A stretch of DNA of 64,000 nucleotides from a virus. The stretch lies in IMG/VR virus record IMGVR_UViG_3300044971_002889. The stretch is one strand, 5' to 3'. The notes beneath the pieces were generated by a model. That model searched no databases, was not told where the DNA came from, and worked only from the letters and a program-made list of their open reading frames with translations. Position numbers and translations under genes: made by a program. Of the stretch, positions 18,174 through 26,235 are shown one piece after another (within the stretch, counting starts at the first letter, position 1; each line of letters starts with the position of its first letter).

Positions 18174-18290
18174 TTATAACCCACTACCATTCCTAAACCC
18201 ATACACGTATCCCACAATAAGACCACACATAAACACAATAAAAATCAAAACTTGTTTACCAAGAAACTCAATAAGTTCCTGCCATTCCAT
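18174..18290 (-). CDS. 38-aa membrane peptide
   Basis: Manual translation MEWQELIEFLGKQVLIFIVFMCGLIVGYVYGFRNGSGL. Confidence 0.5.
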   Translation of the reverse strand: MEWQELIEFLGKQVLIFIVFMCGLIVGYVYGFRNGSGL

Positions 18291-18399
18291 AGTCATCATC
18301 GTCCTCATAAGTTGATGGTTCTTCAAACAACTCAGACATCTTTTGTTGTTTAACTAGTTCTTGCAATTCCTTTAAATCTTCTTCTGTAAGCGATATCAT
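18268..18399 (-). CDS. 43-aa acidic peptide
   Basis: Manual translation MISLTEEDLKELQELVKQQKMSELFEEPSTYEDDDDYGMAGTY. Confidence 0.5.
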   Translation of the reverse strand: MISLTEEDLKELQELVKQQKMSELFEEPSTYEDDDDYGMAGTY

Positions 18400-18575
18400 T
18401 TGTCCTTGAGTAATTCTTCTATTCTTTTACGCATATTTGTGCTATCTTGTTTCAAATAGTCCCGAAGAGAATATCCTCGGTGACCCTTCATAATACAAGT
18501 GCCCTGATAAAACATCGTGGCAGCAAATACTAACAGAAAAACTATTCCAATTATTTCAAGGTGATATTGAGCCAT
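18396..18575 (-). CDS. 59-aa membrane-anchored protein
   Basis: Manual translation MAQYHLEIIGIVFLLVFAATMFYQG...EELLKDK; ATGA overlap with the next gene. Confidence 0.55.
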   Translation of the reverse strand: MAQYHLEIIGIVFLLVFAATMFYQGTCIMKGHRGYSLRDYLKQDSTNMRKRIEELLKDK

Positions 18576-18757
18576 GGTAGTAGAGGTGGTATTACTCCAA
18601 TAAGTCGAAGAAGACCTTCAGCAAAAAGTGAAAGAACAACCCAACCAACACACATTGAAATAACCGAAGCATTACGATTATGTCTTCGTATGGCATCATC
18701 AATCATCTCCTGACACTGCTTCTGTGTCACATAATGTTCTGAATTTATTTTAGTCAT
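18551..18757 (-). CDS. Small membrane protein
   Basis: CQEMIDDAIRRHNRNA followed by a hydrophobic segment. Confidence 0.65.
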   Translation of the reverse strand: MTKINSEHYVTQKQCQEMIDDAIRRHNRNASVISMCVGWVVLSLFAEGLLRLIGVIPPLLPWLNITLK

Positions 18758-19010
18758 TCTGTGGACCACGGAACTCGTCTTGCTCTAATTGGGTCAATCT
18801 CCTTTCCCATGTTATCCCACTTGTTGAACCTTTGCATGGATTTATGCAGGTTTCATCACCAAAGTTATTACATACAAGACCTGCAAGATCATGTGGGTCA
18901 CCTTCTTTCCCAGTACCAGACCAATAATGCTGCCCATTCAACCAAATGGCACCACACTTAGGACATTCCTTCCTATCAATAGACAGGTCGGACAGTTCTT
19001 TATTATTCAT
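18750..19010 (-). CDS. Cys-rich hypothetical protein
   Basis: CPKC...HYW...LAGLVCN...CINPC. Confidence 0.65.
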   Translation of the reverse strand: MNNKELSDLSIDRKECPKCGAIWLNGQHYWSGTGKEGDPHDLAGLVCNNFGDETCINPCKGSTSGITWERRLTQLEQDEFRGPQND

Positions 19011-19242
19011 TAGGATAATCCTTTAGAAATTTTTCGTAGCTCTTTGTGTCTTTAATTAGCTGACGCTTTAATTTCCATCCTAAAACTTTCATTTGCATCC
19101 GAATAAAAAAGTGACGCAATTCAAGATCCAGATATGTAAAAACTCTCATGGTCCCTTCAAGTCCTGCATAGGCAACCATAAGTCCAAGGATTATTATTGT
19201 TATATAAAATCCTAGTAAAGGAGTTGTTGTAGATGGGTCCAT
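19003..19242 (-). CDS. Hypothetical protein with N-terminal TM segment
   Basis: ORF preceded by TTGACA, 17 bp, TACAAT (19299-19271). Confidence 0.65.
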   Translation of the reverse strand: MDPSTTTPLLGFYITIIILGLMVAYAGLEGTMRVFTYLDLELRHFFIRMQMKVLGWKLKRQLIKDTKSYEKFLKDYPNE

Positions 19243-19358
19243 TAAGGCACAGTGCTACGTGTACTTACAAATTGTATATAGGTAATACAATAATGTCAAC
19301 GTCTCATTAGTATCTCCTGATACTAAGTTTAATAACAATCAAAAGAAATAGTTAAAAA

Positions 19359-19444
19359 CGGAAGCGGTAGGATTTGAACCCACGAACGCTGTTAACGTTG
19401 GTTGTTTTCAAGACAACTGCCATAAACCACTCGGCCACGCTTCC
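19359..19444 (-). tRNA. tRNA-Ser (TGA)
   Basis: GGAAGCG/CGCTTCC acceptor, GTTGT-CTTGAAA-ACAAC, long variable arm; promoter TTGACA-17-TATACT at 19490-19462. Confidence 0.94.
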
Positions 19445-19492
19445 AGTATTTGATTTCTTATAGTATAATATATCTATATTATTTTGTCAAAC

Positions 19493-20092
19493 ATGAACAT
19501 AGATGAATATCTTTTAAGTCTAGGATATGACGATAAAGAGACCTTATACGAACCTGGTAAGAAGTTATCTATAAAAATTCCATTTGATTTTAATGGTAAA
19601 AGAATTAATATCTGCCCATACATTGTTCCATATTATAGCAAAAAAAGTTACATAGCAGCAGAATATAATTACTCAGTTTACTACGACAATCCAGAAGTAA
19701 CCAAACAAAAAATTCTAAATTTAATCAAATACATTAAATATCCAGAACCAGGTAGAGTTGGTGATATTGGATGGGAAGCAGAATATCTTGTAGACCCCAG
19801 AGAATTTACTGCTGAAGAAAGAGCACGTATTGTTGTATCTAGTTTTAAAAAATTTAGAACCTTAATTTTAAAAGGTGAATGGTTGGACGGAATCAGAGCA
19901 CAACCAGGTGATATTGTAGCATCTAAACCAATAGGAATTAAATTTGATATGGGATTTAATGAAGAATCGGAAAAAGAAGGAACTCTCCAAAGAAGCATAC
20001 TTTCAAAAAAAGTATTCAGGTTTGGAGAGTTAAAAGAAGATGGAATGCAATATTCAATTATTGGAGAAGATTTAGATATGCATCCTATCTAA
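19493..20092 (+). CDS. Hypothetical protein
   Basis: About 200-aa plus-strand ORF; no recognised motif. Confidence 0.65.
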   Translation: MNIDEYLLSLGYDDKETLYEPGKKLSIKIPFDFNGKRINICPYIVPYYSKKSYIAAEYNYSVYYDNPEVTKQKILNLIKYIKYPEPGRVGDIGWEAEYLVDPREFTAEERARIVVSSFKKFRTLILKGEWLDGIRAQPGDIVASKPIGIKFDMGFNEESEKEGTLQRSILSKKVFRFGELKEDGMQYSIIGEDLDMHPI

Positions 20093-20336
20093 CTTCAAAG
20101 TCCAACTTACGGACTTTCCTTTGCCTTCTACTTTCTTGCCAAGAAATATCATCAGAAGATAAGACTCCAATATTTTTATTTGGGGTCTTAGTACTTTCAA
20201 TAATAATGACTTGACTAAGGTCATTTGCAAAAATAGTATCATTCTTAATAGATGTCATATTAGGACATCCACAAGAAATAGTTTTTGCAACATGAGCTTG
20301 CAGTTCTTTATTGCAAGATTTACAACGTATTAACAT
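20085..20336 (-). CDS. Zn-ribbon-like cyanophage hypothetical protein
   Basis: CKSC...CGCPN; C-terminal RKVRKLDFEVR. Confidence 0.7.
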   Translation of the reverse strand: MLIRCKSCNKELQAHVAKTISCGCPNMTSIKNDTIFANDLSQVIIIESTKTPNKNIGVLSSDDISWQESRRQRKVRKLDFEVR

Positions 20337-20363
20337 TTTATCAAACCATATATTAAATATGTA

Positions 20364-20435
20364 TGGGCGAAGAGGGGATCGAACCCCCGACCGACTGGGT
20401 GTAAACCAGTAGCTCTACCGCTGAGCTATTCGCCC
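20364..20435 (-). tRNA. tRNA-Val (TAC)
   Basis: GGGCGAA/TTCGCCC acceptor, ACTGG-TTTACAC-CCAGT. Confidence 0.95.
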
Positions 20436-20440
20436 TTAAT

Positions 20441-20614
20441 GAGTAGTGAGTGCCCACCACTCGCGGAAGACACTTTCCGCAAAAGCTTCACTTTCGTGAA
20501 GAGTCAATAGACACGCTATTGACATGTTTTTTGTTACTGGCGGGGGTGATCAAGTCCCCGACCTAAGCGAACTTAGGATTTAGTAAGGAAGACCCAGACA
20601 TTTCTAGACCTTCC
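20441..20614 (-). ncRNA. Unannotated multi-hairpin RNA between tRNA-Asn and tRNA-Val
   Basis: Seven consecutive hairpins, including TTCG and GAAA tetraloops. Confidence 0.6.
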
Positions 20615-20616
20615 AA

Positions 20617-20688
20617 CTGCCCAGCCTGGGATCGAACCAGGGACCAATCGATTAACAGTCGATAGCTCTACCGCTGAGCTACTAGGCA
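20617..20688 (-). tRNA. tRNA-Asn (GTT)
   Basis: TGCCTAG/CTGGGCA acceptor, ATCGA-CTGTTAA-TCGAT; promoter TTGACA-17-TAACAT at 20745-20717. Confidence 0.94.
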
Positions 20689-20759
20689 TTATATTTTTTT
20701 ATTTAATCACCTATAAATGTTATCACACTTATTTTAAATTGTCAAGTAGGTTTTTTTAT

Positions 20760-21407
20760 TTAGAGTAAATCATCAATCTTAACTTTTTGATCAAAGCATA
20801 AACAATACCTTGGGGTTGACAAAGTATTATAAACCATATGAGTAGTATTTCCCCAAAAAAACATAAATTTATTATTTTCAAAATATTCACTAAATACTCC
20901 CTTTTGAGTATTCAATGCCAAAAATGCATACTCATCTTTAGATGATTGAACGTCTAATCCCCACAAACCCCTAATAGTGATGTAATCATCATCAGAAGGA
21001 TCATTATCTACATGCCAGTCAATTGCTTTACCTGGATAAACAACACTAATACCAACCCTTTGTCTTAAACCAGACTGATAAGAAACATTAGTTAAAGTTG
21101 GTAGATATTCTGCATTATCGCTGTAAATAATATCTCTTTCATAATCTATATGAGCCTTGGTTTTGTAAACATGCTCATAGTAATGTCTATTCTGTTCAAT
21201 ATAATTATTATATTCAAGATATAATGCAGCAACTTGCCACCCATCATATGGGTTTGATTTTACAGACGTGTAATAATTATTACCTGCCCAATTTGTCCAA
21301 ATAAGTTTATCCTTATTTTGATTAAACTCTTCAACAATTGATTGATAATTGTCAGAGAGGAGTTTAAGTTCAGGATTTATTTCTTCTAAAGAATAAAATC
21401 TTCCCAT
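20760..21407 (-). CDS. Aspartyl/asparaginyl beta-hydroxylase-like oxygenase
   Basis: GISVVYPG..IDWHVD, R...GL, H.VYN....R..L.FD. Confidence 0.72.
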   Translation of the reverse strand: MGRFYSLEEINPELKLLSDNYQSIVEEFNQNKDKLIWTNWAGNNYYTSVKSNPYDGWQVAALYLEYNNYIEQNRHYYEHVYKTKAHIDYERDIIYSDNAEYLPTLTNVSYQSGLRQRVGISVVYPGKAIDWHVDNDPSDDDYITIRGLWGLDVQSSKDEYAFLALNTQKGVFSEYFENNKFMFFWGNTTHMVYNTLSTPRYCLCFDQKVKIDDLL

Positions 21408-21468
21408 AATAGTATGAAATATCAGTAATGGATCTGGTGATATATGTAACATACTCAATTATTAGTTA

Positions 21469-21541
21469 TGGAGAATAGCGGACTCGAACCGCTGACATCC
21501 TGCTTGCAAAGCAGGCGCTCTACCAACTGAGCTAATTCCCC
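21469..21541 (-). tRNA. tRNA-Ala (TGC)
   Basis: GGGGAAT/ATTCTCC acceptor with G3:U70, CCTGC-TTTGCAA-GCAGG. Confidence 0.96.
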
Positions 21542-21618
<77 letters not shown>

Positions 21619-21626
21619 ATAAGACA

Positions 21627-21655
21627 ATTATACCAGTGATGGATTTAATTGTCAA
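21627..21655 (-). promoter_or_regulatory. Sigma70-type promoter of tRNA-Arg/Ala
   Basis: TTGACA, 17 bp, TATAAT. Confidence 0.8.
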
Positions 21656-21657
21656 GG

Positions 21658-21739
21658 TGGGCAGGGAGGGATTTGAACCCCCGTAGGCAGAGCCAGCGGA
21701 TTTACAGTCCGCCTCCATTAACCACTCGGACACCTACCC
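21658..21739 (-). tRNA. tRNA-Tyr (GTA)
   Basis: GGGTAGG/CCTGCCC acceptor, GCGGA-CTGTAAA-TCCGC, variable arm. Confidence 0.95.
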
Positions 21740-21837
21740 ATGTGGACACTGACCTGATGGTTACTCTTTCTGCGGAGGGAGGCGTCAGTTTTTTATATCC
21801 AAGCAAGCACCTTGCTGGAGTCCATGTGGTAATGATA

Positions 21838-22239
21838 TCACTGTTTGGGGCAGTCGTCAACCCAGGGAGCACACAATCTCATTTCACCTCCAAGAACTGA
21901 TTGGGCATAAGACCCATCTGGTGGTTTCTCTGAGTATCGTGGTTTAGGCATTCTAACCTTTCCATCGTCCCCTGTCAAGCGTTCATACTCTGCAATTGCT
22001 GCATCAACATCACGCTTAATTCTTCTTTCAAGTTTCTTATCATCCTTAATCACAAACTCATTAAGTATTGTGCCTGGAAAATATTTTCTTTGAATTTCGT
22101 CCAGTAAGTCCCAAAGACCAGTCTCAGAAACTCCTGTGCATTGTGAAAGTGCTGCAATAATAGAAGATAATACTATACCGATTATTGCGTATTGTTTTAT
22201 GTCTGGTTTTTTCTTACCAAGATTAAAATTAACCCTCAT
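21838..22239 (-). CDS. Conserved cyanophage hypothetical membrane-anchored protein
   Basis: Hydrophobic segment ending in LSQC, then WDLLDEIQRK. Confidence 0.65.
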   Translation of the reverse strand: MRVNFNLGKKKPDIKQYAIIGIVLSSIIAALSQCTGVSETGLWDLLDEIQRKYFPGTILNEFVIKDDKKLERRIKRDVDAAIAEYERLTGDDGKVRMPKPRYSEKPPDGSYAQSVLGGEMRLCAPWVDDCPKQ

Positions 22240-22390
22240 TACATTCAAGATATTTTTGTATCACTTCATTATTTTTCTTTTGAACTTTCAAAAGTTCATC
22301 ATAATCCATACCCAAGTAAGAGGCAAAACCTTTTAGATCTTCATGCCCAAAAGTATTTAAATTGGAAGTTATAGATTTGTCTTGTGTCAT
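22229..22390 (-). CDS. 53-aa hypothetical protein
   Basis: Manual translation MTQDKSITSNLNTFGHEDLKGFASYLGMDYDELL... Confidence 0.45.
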   Translation of the reverse strand: MTQDKSITSNLNTFGHEDLKGFASYLGMDYDELLKVQKKNNEVIQKYLECNEG

Positions 22391-22414
22391 AACTTTTATT
22401 TAAATTAAATTACT

Positions 22415-22440
22415 AAAAAAGGGAGTTCTGTAGAACTCCC
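22415..22440 (-). terminator. Intrinsic terminator after the lysozyme gene
   Basis: GGGAGTTCT-AC-AGAACTCCC followed by TTTTTT. Confidence 0.8.
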
Positions 22441-22458
22441 CAATATTTATTCAGTTTG

Positions 22459-23106
22459 TTAAACTTCTACCGTGATCAGTTTAGAAGCATAATCATGAGC
22501 ATACGAAGTGCGAGCACCATGATGCCCCCAACCAATCCAACTATACGCATAGTCCATGTAACGATTGATGGACTTACCAGGAGTTTTCATCCTGTCCTCA
22601 ATTCGTTGCCATTGAACCTCAGTCGTTAGATAACGAAGTTGCGTGTGAAGTGCTGATGGAGAACCACCATACCTCTTAGCAAAATCACCCAATCCATAAT
22701 AACGATCGGCAGATGTCCATTGAATCAGTCCGTAACCGCGTCCGCAGTTACTCCAACTGGTTCTACTACCACCTTCGCAAATGTTAGGAATAAAAGTTGA
22801 TTCCTGACGAATATTGCCCATGATGGTAGCAAGGGCGTTTCTGTCTTTAATACCACGCTCCTGGAAAAATACCAGGGTAGCATTCTCATGTTCATTACAC
22901 CCTTTACAAATAAGCCTTTTCTCTTTTGGCTTTGGTAGTGCAACCTCGCGGATTGCTGTCTTCTTTTCATCTACAAGATTCATTTTAATTGTCTCTTCCA
23001 CTGGAGGTGGGGGACCTTGCATCTTGTAGTTGACGAATGGCAGTGATGCCGTACTGGTTGTAACCGATGCCAGAAGGGGCAGGGCTACTGTAAAGAAATT
23101 TTGCAT
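22459..23106 (-). CDS. Cell-wall hydrolase, phage tail lysozyme-like family, with signal-peptide-like N-terminus
   Basis: ATIMGNIRQES, GYGLIQWT, QLRYL. Confidence 0.82.
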   Translation of the reverse strand: MQNFFTVALPLLASVTTSTASLPFVNYKMQGPPPPVEETIKMNLVDEKKTAIREVALPKPKEKRLICKGCNEHENATLVFFQERGIKDRNALATIMGNIRQESTFIPNICEGGSRTSWSNCGRGYGLIQWTSADRYYGLGDFAKRYGGSPSALHTQLRYLTTEVQWQRIEDRMKTPGKSINRYMDYAYSWIGWGHHGARTSYAHDYASKLITVEV

Positions 23107-23266
23107 TTAAATTGATAGAACTCTACATCCGTATAGAAAGGGGGTACACCCTCTTTTCAAAGGGCACTTTCCACGGCTCTAAATGTCACTTCAAGGACTC
23201 ATTATGACAAAACCCACCTTTTGAGTGGGTTCCCTGCATAATAAGTTATTATTTAGATTTTGTCAA
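23107..23266 (-). promoter_or_regulatory. Promoter and structured ~125-nt 5' leader of the lysozyme gene
   Basis: TTGACA-17-TATTAT (23266-23238); AACCCAC/GTGGGTT and CCGTGGAAAG...CTTTCTATACGG stems. Confidence 0.55.
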
Positions 23267-23324
23267 GAATTCAATTTAAAACAAATACCACCTAAATAAC
23301 AGTAGTGTTTACTACTTAAGAAAA

Positions 23325-23786
23325 ATGAAAAGACTTCTTCTAGTTTTTTCGTTATTCTTCATTACTCCTGCAAGTGCTGCTGAAATTACATCAAGAATTA
23401 CTGATTCTGTTCAACTAAATGTTCAGGGTGCTGCGGTACAATCAACTCGAATTGGAGCATCTTATTCTGCTTCAGGTACAAATATTCAATCAACCTCCTT
23501 TGGTGGAGTGAATGGTGCTGGAACTTATGATATCAATACAGCAGGTCAAGCATTCAGTTTCTCAGAATCTTTCAATGCTGCTGATACGCCAGTCACCACT
23601 CAGTCGGTCAGTGGTGGAGTTATTGCTTCTCCCAACCTTTATGGGGATTCTGTTACTCAGTTAGCAGGAGACAAAGGTTCTCTCGCTGGTACATTATCAC
23701 CTACTGGTGTTCCTACAGTCACTGCTGGTGGTCCTGGAACCACCGCAACTGCACAACGTAGTATTGAGTTAAGCGTATTCAAATGA
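23325..23786 (+). CDS. Secreted beta-rich protein
   Basis: Signal peptide MKRLLLVFSLFFITPASA-A; S/T/G-rich; CTAAATA late-like box upstream. Confidence 0.75.
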   Translation: MKRLLLVFSLFFITPASAAEITSRITDSVQLNVQGAAVQSTRIGASYSASGTNIQSTSFGGVNGAGTYDINTAGQAFSFSESFNAADTPVTTQSVSGGVIASPNLYGDSVTQLAGDKGSLAGTLSPTGVPTVTAGGPGTTATAQRSIELSVFK

Positions 23787-24148
23787 GACATCTAACTCCC
23801 GTCTTGCTTTTAGCAGCGGGAGTCATTTGTACTCCTGCTATGGCTAATACTGTTGTGCCTAATTTTACTAGAGGTACAATCAACGCAACAACTGAATCAA
23901 CTACAAAAGTTATAGAAACAATTCGCCAAGTTGAATATGCAACTGGCACATCTTATACTGTGACTGGAACTAATATTAACATTCCTGGCACTCCTCAACA
24001 AGGAGCAAACTACAGTATTATGAATCAAGGTGCTCCCTTCCAGTTTAGTGAGACTTATCTCGGTCCTGGAGTGGCAAAGGAAACATGGATAGATCGCACC
24101 ACAGAAACCCAATCAACAACTACATCAATATCAGTCTTTACGCAGTAG
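23783..24148 (+). CDS. Secreted Thr-rich protein
   Basis: Signal peptide ending PAMA-N; ATGA overlap; terminal ISVFTQ resembles LSVFK of the previous gene. Confidence 0.75.
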   Translation: MRHLTPVLLLAAGVICTPAMANTVVPNFTRGTINATTESTTKVIETIRQVEYATGTSYTVTGTNINIPGTPQQGANYSIMNQGAPFQFSETYLGPGVAKETWIDRTTETQSTTTSISVFTQ

Positions 24149-24672
24149 CAACCATTTTAGTATTAACACTTGCAGGTTCTACCAGAAGTAAAGCACAACA
24201 AGCACCTTCTAATACAAATATTGCAGGACCTTCAGCATCTGCTACTGGTAATGTTACAAACCAGGCCGTGCAGGTGTTACAAGGTCCTTATGCAGTCAAC
24301 ACTTATGGTGGAGGTGTAAGTTGTCAAGGACCAACCATGAGTTTTTCCCCATTTGTATTGGGAAGTATGAATGGTAGTCAAGACCCATCAACATTCCAAT
24401 CCCATAATGGTAACGCTGGTGTCAGTATGGGATTTAACTTCCCTTTGGATGGGGGACTAACAGAACTTTGTAAAGAAAGAGCAAGGTCAGAAATCAAAAG
24501 ACAAAATGCTGAATCAGATAAAGCAAGACTTGATTTTGAATTAGTAAGACTTTTAAAGTGTGGTGAGGCAATCAAGTCTGGTATTACATTTCATCCAGAA
24601 AGTCCCTACCATAAAATCTGTGCCGACGTAGTTGTGAGGTATCCAAATGGATCTCATACCACCAATAAGTAA
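24085..24672 (+). CDS. Secreted or membrane protein with Cys residues and coiled coil
   Basis: Hydrophobic leader, SCQGPT, LC...RLDFELVRLLKC...IC. Confidence 0.72.
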   Translation: MDRSHHRNPINNYINISLYAVATILVLTLAGSTRSKAQQAPSNTNIAGPSASATGNVTNQAVQVLQGPYAVNTYGGGVSCQGPTMSFSPFVLGSMNGSQDPSTFQSHNGNAGVSMGFNFPLDGGLTELCKERARSEIKRQNAESDKARLDFELVRLLKCGEAIKSGITFHPESPYHKICADVVVRYPNGSHTTNK

Positions 24673-25516
24673 TGCAAATGGAATTGCCAATATAAAAACT
24701 AATACCAACGAAGTACCAAAAGTTGGTATTAATGGTCCTAGTGTTATTTCAACAATAGAACCACCAGTTCTTCGTAGTGTAGAAGTTCCTGTTGTTCGTG
24801 GAATGGCACTTCCAGTATTTGAAATGCCAAATACTTCTATTAAATATCCAATTATTAATGTACCTACACAAGAAGAGTTTGATGCTGCTGTAAGGGCGGA
24901 TAAAGAAAAGCAGGCACAAGAAGATGCAGCAAAAAATAGAGGACTTCCAGACTCTACCCCCCCACCTCAACTGCCTCAAGTTACTCAAACCCCTCCCACA
25001 CAAACACCTATTGCTGAGATACCAGCGGATAAACCAAAAACAACACCATCTTTTAGTGTTTATGGAGTCGATATTAATTTACCTGACCCTTCTCTTGTTG
25101 CTACGGCTGGTGCTGTCGCAGTAGTAACCACTGCTGCTACAATGGCATCAACAACAGTTTTAAATGTAGTTAAAAACGCTGCTGAACCATTGATTAGAGA
25201 AGCAACAAAAAACAAATTTAAAATTAAAATTAAACAAGTTAAACCTGTTCTACATTATGTCATGTCAGACGGTGGACATGTTGATATATTTGAATACTCT
25301 GCAGATGGCACCCGCTTAGTAGCGCAGACAGATAACGTAGAGCAGTATATCCGCGACCAAGTAGAGACCAATGCTTACTATGAAATGGACAATAAAATTA
25401 TTATTGATGATGTAATGAAAGATAAATTCACAAAAGAGGGGCAAGAGAGATTTAAAGGTCTCTATGCCCCACCTAAAAAGATTGCTAAGAAGTTATCAGC
25501 TCGACTTTCTTTTTGA
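24647..25516 (+). CDS. Pro-rich membrane-anchored protein
   Basis: Pro/Thr-rich linker, hydrophobic LVATAGAVAVVTTAA segment, basic tail. Confidence 0.7.
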   Translation: MDLIPPISNANGIANIKTNTNEVPKVGINGPSVISTIEPPVLRSVEVPVVRGMALPVFEMPNTSIKYPIINVPTQEEFDAAVRADKEKQAQEDAAKNRGLPDSTPPPQLPQVTQTPPTQTPIAEIPADKPKTTPSFSVYGVDINLPDPSLVATAGAVAVVTTAATMASTTVLNVVKNAAEPLIREATKNKFKIKIKQVKPVLHYVMSDGGHVDIFEYSADGTRLVAQTDNVEQYIRDQVETNAYYEMDNKIIIDDVMKDKFTKEGQERFKGLYAPPKKIAKKLSARLSF

Positions 25517-25912
25517 TAGAAGTAGGTCGAAATCTTTCTTCTTTGTTCCACCATCATATTCCCAAGCATAACCTTCAGTAATCATTTGATTGTTGATGGA
25601 AATCTCTTCACCATTGACATATAGATGACCAATGATACGACCATACTTTTCGGTACTATCAGGTAGTTCTGTTTTGATTAAAATATCTTTAGCAAATTTT
25701 AGTCTTTCTTTGAGCCAATCTTTAACTTCGAGACCAAGTTTCTTTTCATACGCATCAGTTGTCCTGCTCTCTGGGGTATCGATACCAGCAAGACGAATTC
25801 GCTTAGTAAGGGAGATATCAAAACCCAAATCAATGTCAGCGTCAATAGTGTCGCCATCTACTACCTTGTGAACTGAACGTATTCTATAGACGTAAGGATC
25901 TTTGTCAGCCAT
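25496..25912 (-). CDS. Thermonuclease (SNase-like) family nuclease
   Basis: VVDGDTID, IRLAGIDTPE, KYGRIIG, INNQMITEGYA. Confidence 0.88.
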   Translation of the reverse strand: MADKDPYVYRIRSVHKVVDGDTIDADIDLGFDISLTKRIRLAGIDTPESRTTDAYEKKLGLEVKDWLKERLKFAKDILIKTELPDSTEKYGRIIGHLYVNGEEISINNQMITEGYAWEYDGGTKKKDFDLLLSKRKSS

Positions 25913-26124
25913 TAGAATGGTAATTTAAACTTCTCAGTATTTAGTTTGGGAATAGGTAGTTTTTCAAATGCCTTATTAACCTGCTTCTCTACAACGGCAC
26001 CAACAAACTCTTCTGGGTTGTTAAGAATCTTCTGTGCTTTCTGATAAGTTACATAAGCACCATAACAAAGTGCTCCACTAATCGCTAGACTTGTCGCTGA
26101 CAGAATGATCGCTAGGTTCTTCAT
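25912..26124 (-). CDS. Small membrane-anchored protein
   Basis: N-terminal hydrophobic helix. Confidence 0.65.
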   Translation of the reverse strand: MKNLAIILSATSLAISGALCYGAYVTYQKAQKILNNPEEFVGAVVEKQVNKAFEKLPIPKLNTEKFKLPF

Positions 26125-26230
26125 CTTTCATTTCCTCAAATGCTAACCTTAATATGTAGTAAATGATATATGCAGTAAAGGCAAGTCCGCAGGATAATAA
26201 TATTACAACACCCCAAGGAAACTCACTCAT
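26078..26230 (-). CDS. 50-aa membrane peptide
   Basis: Manual translation MSEFPWGVVILLSCGLAFTAYIIYYILRLAFEEMKDEE... Confidence 0.5.
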   Translation of the reverse strand: MSEFPWGVVILLSCGLAFTAYIIYYILRLAFEEMKDEEPSDHSVSDKSSD

Positions 26231-26235
26231 AATAA

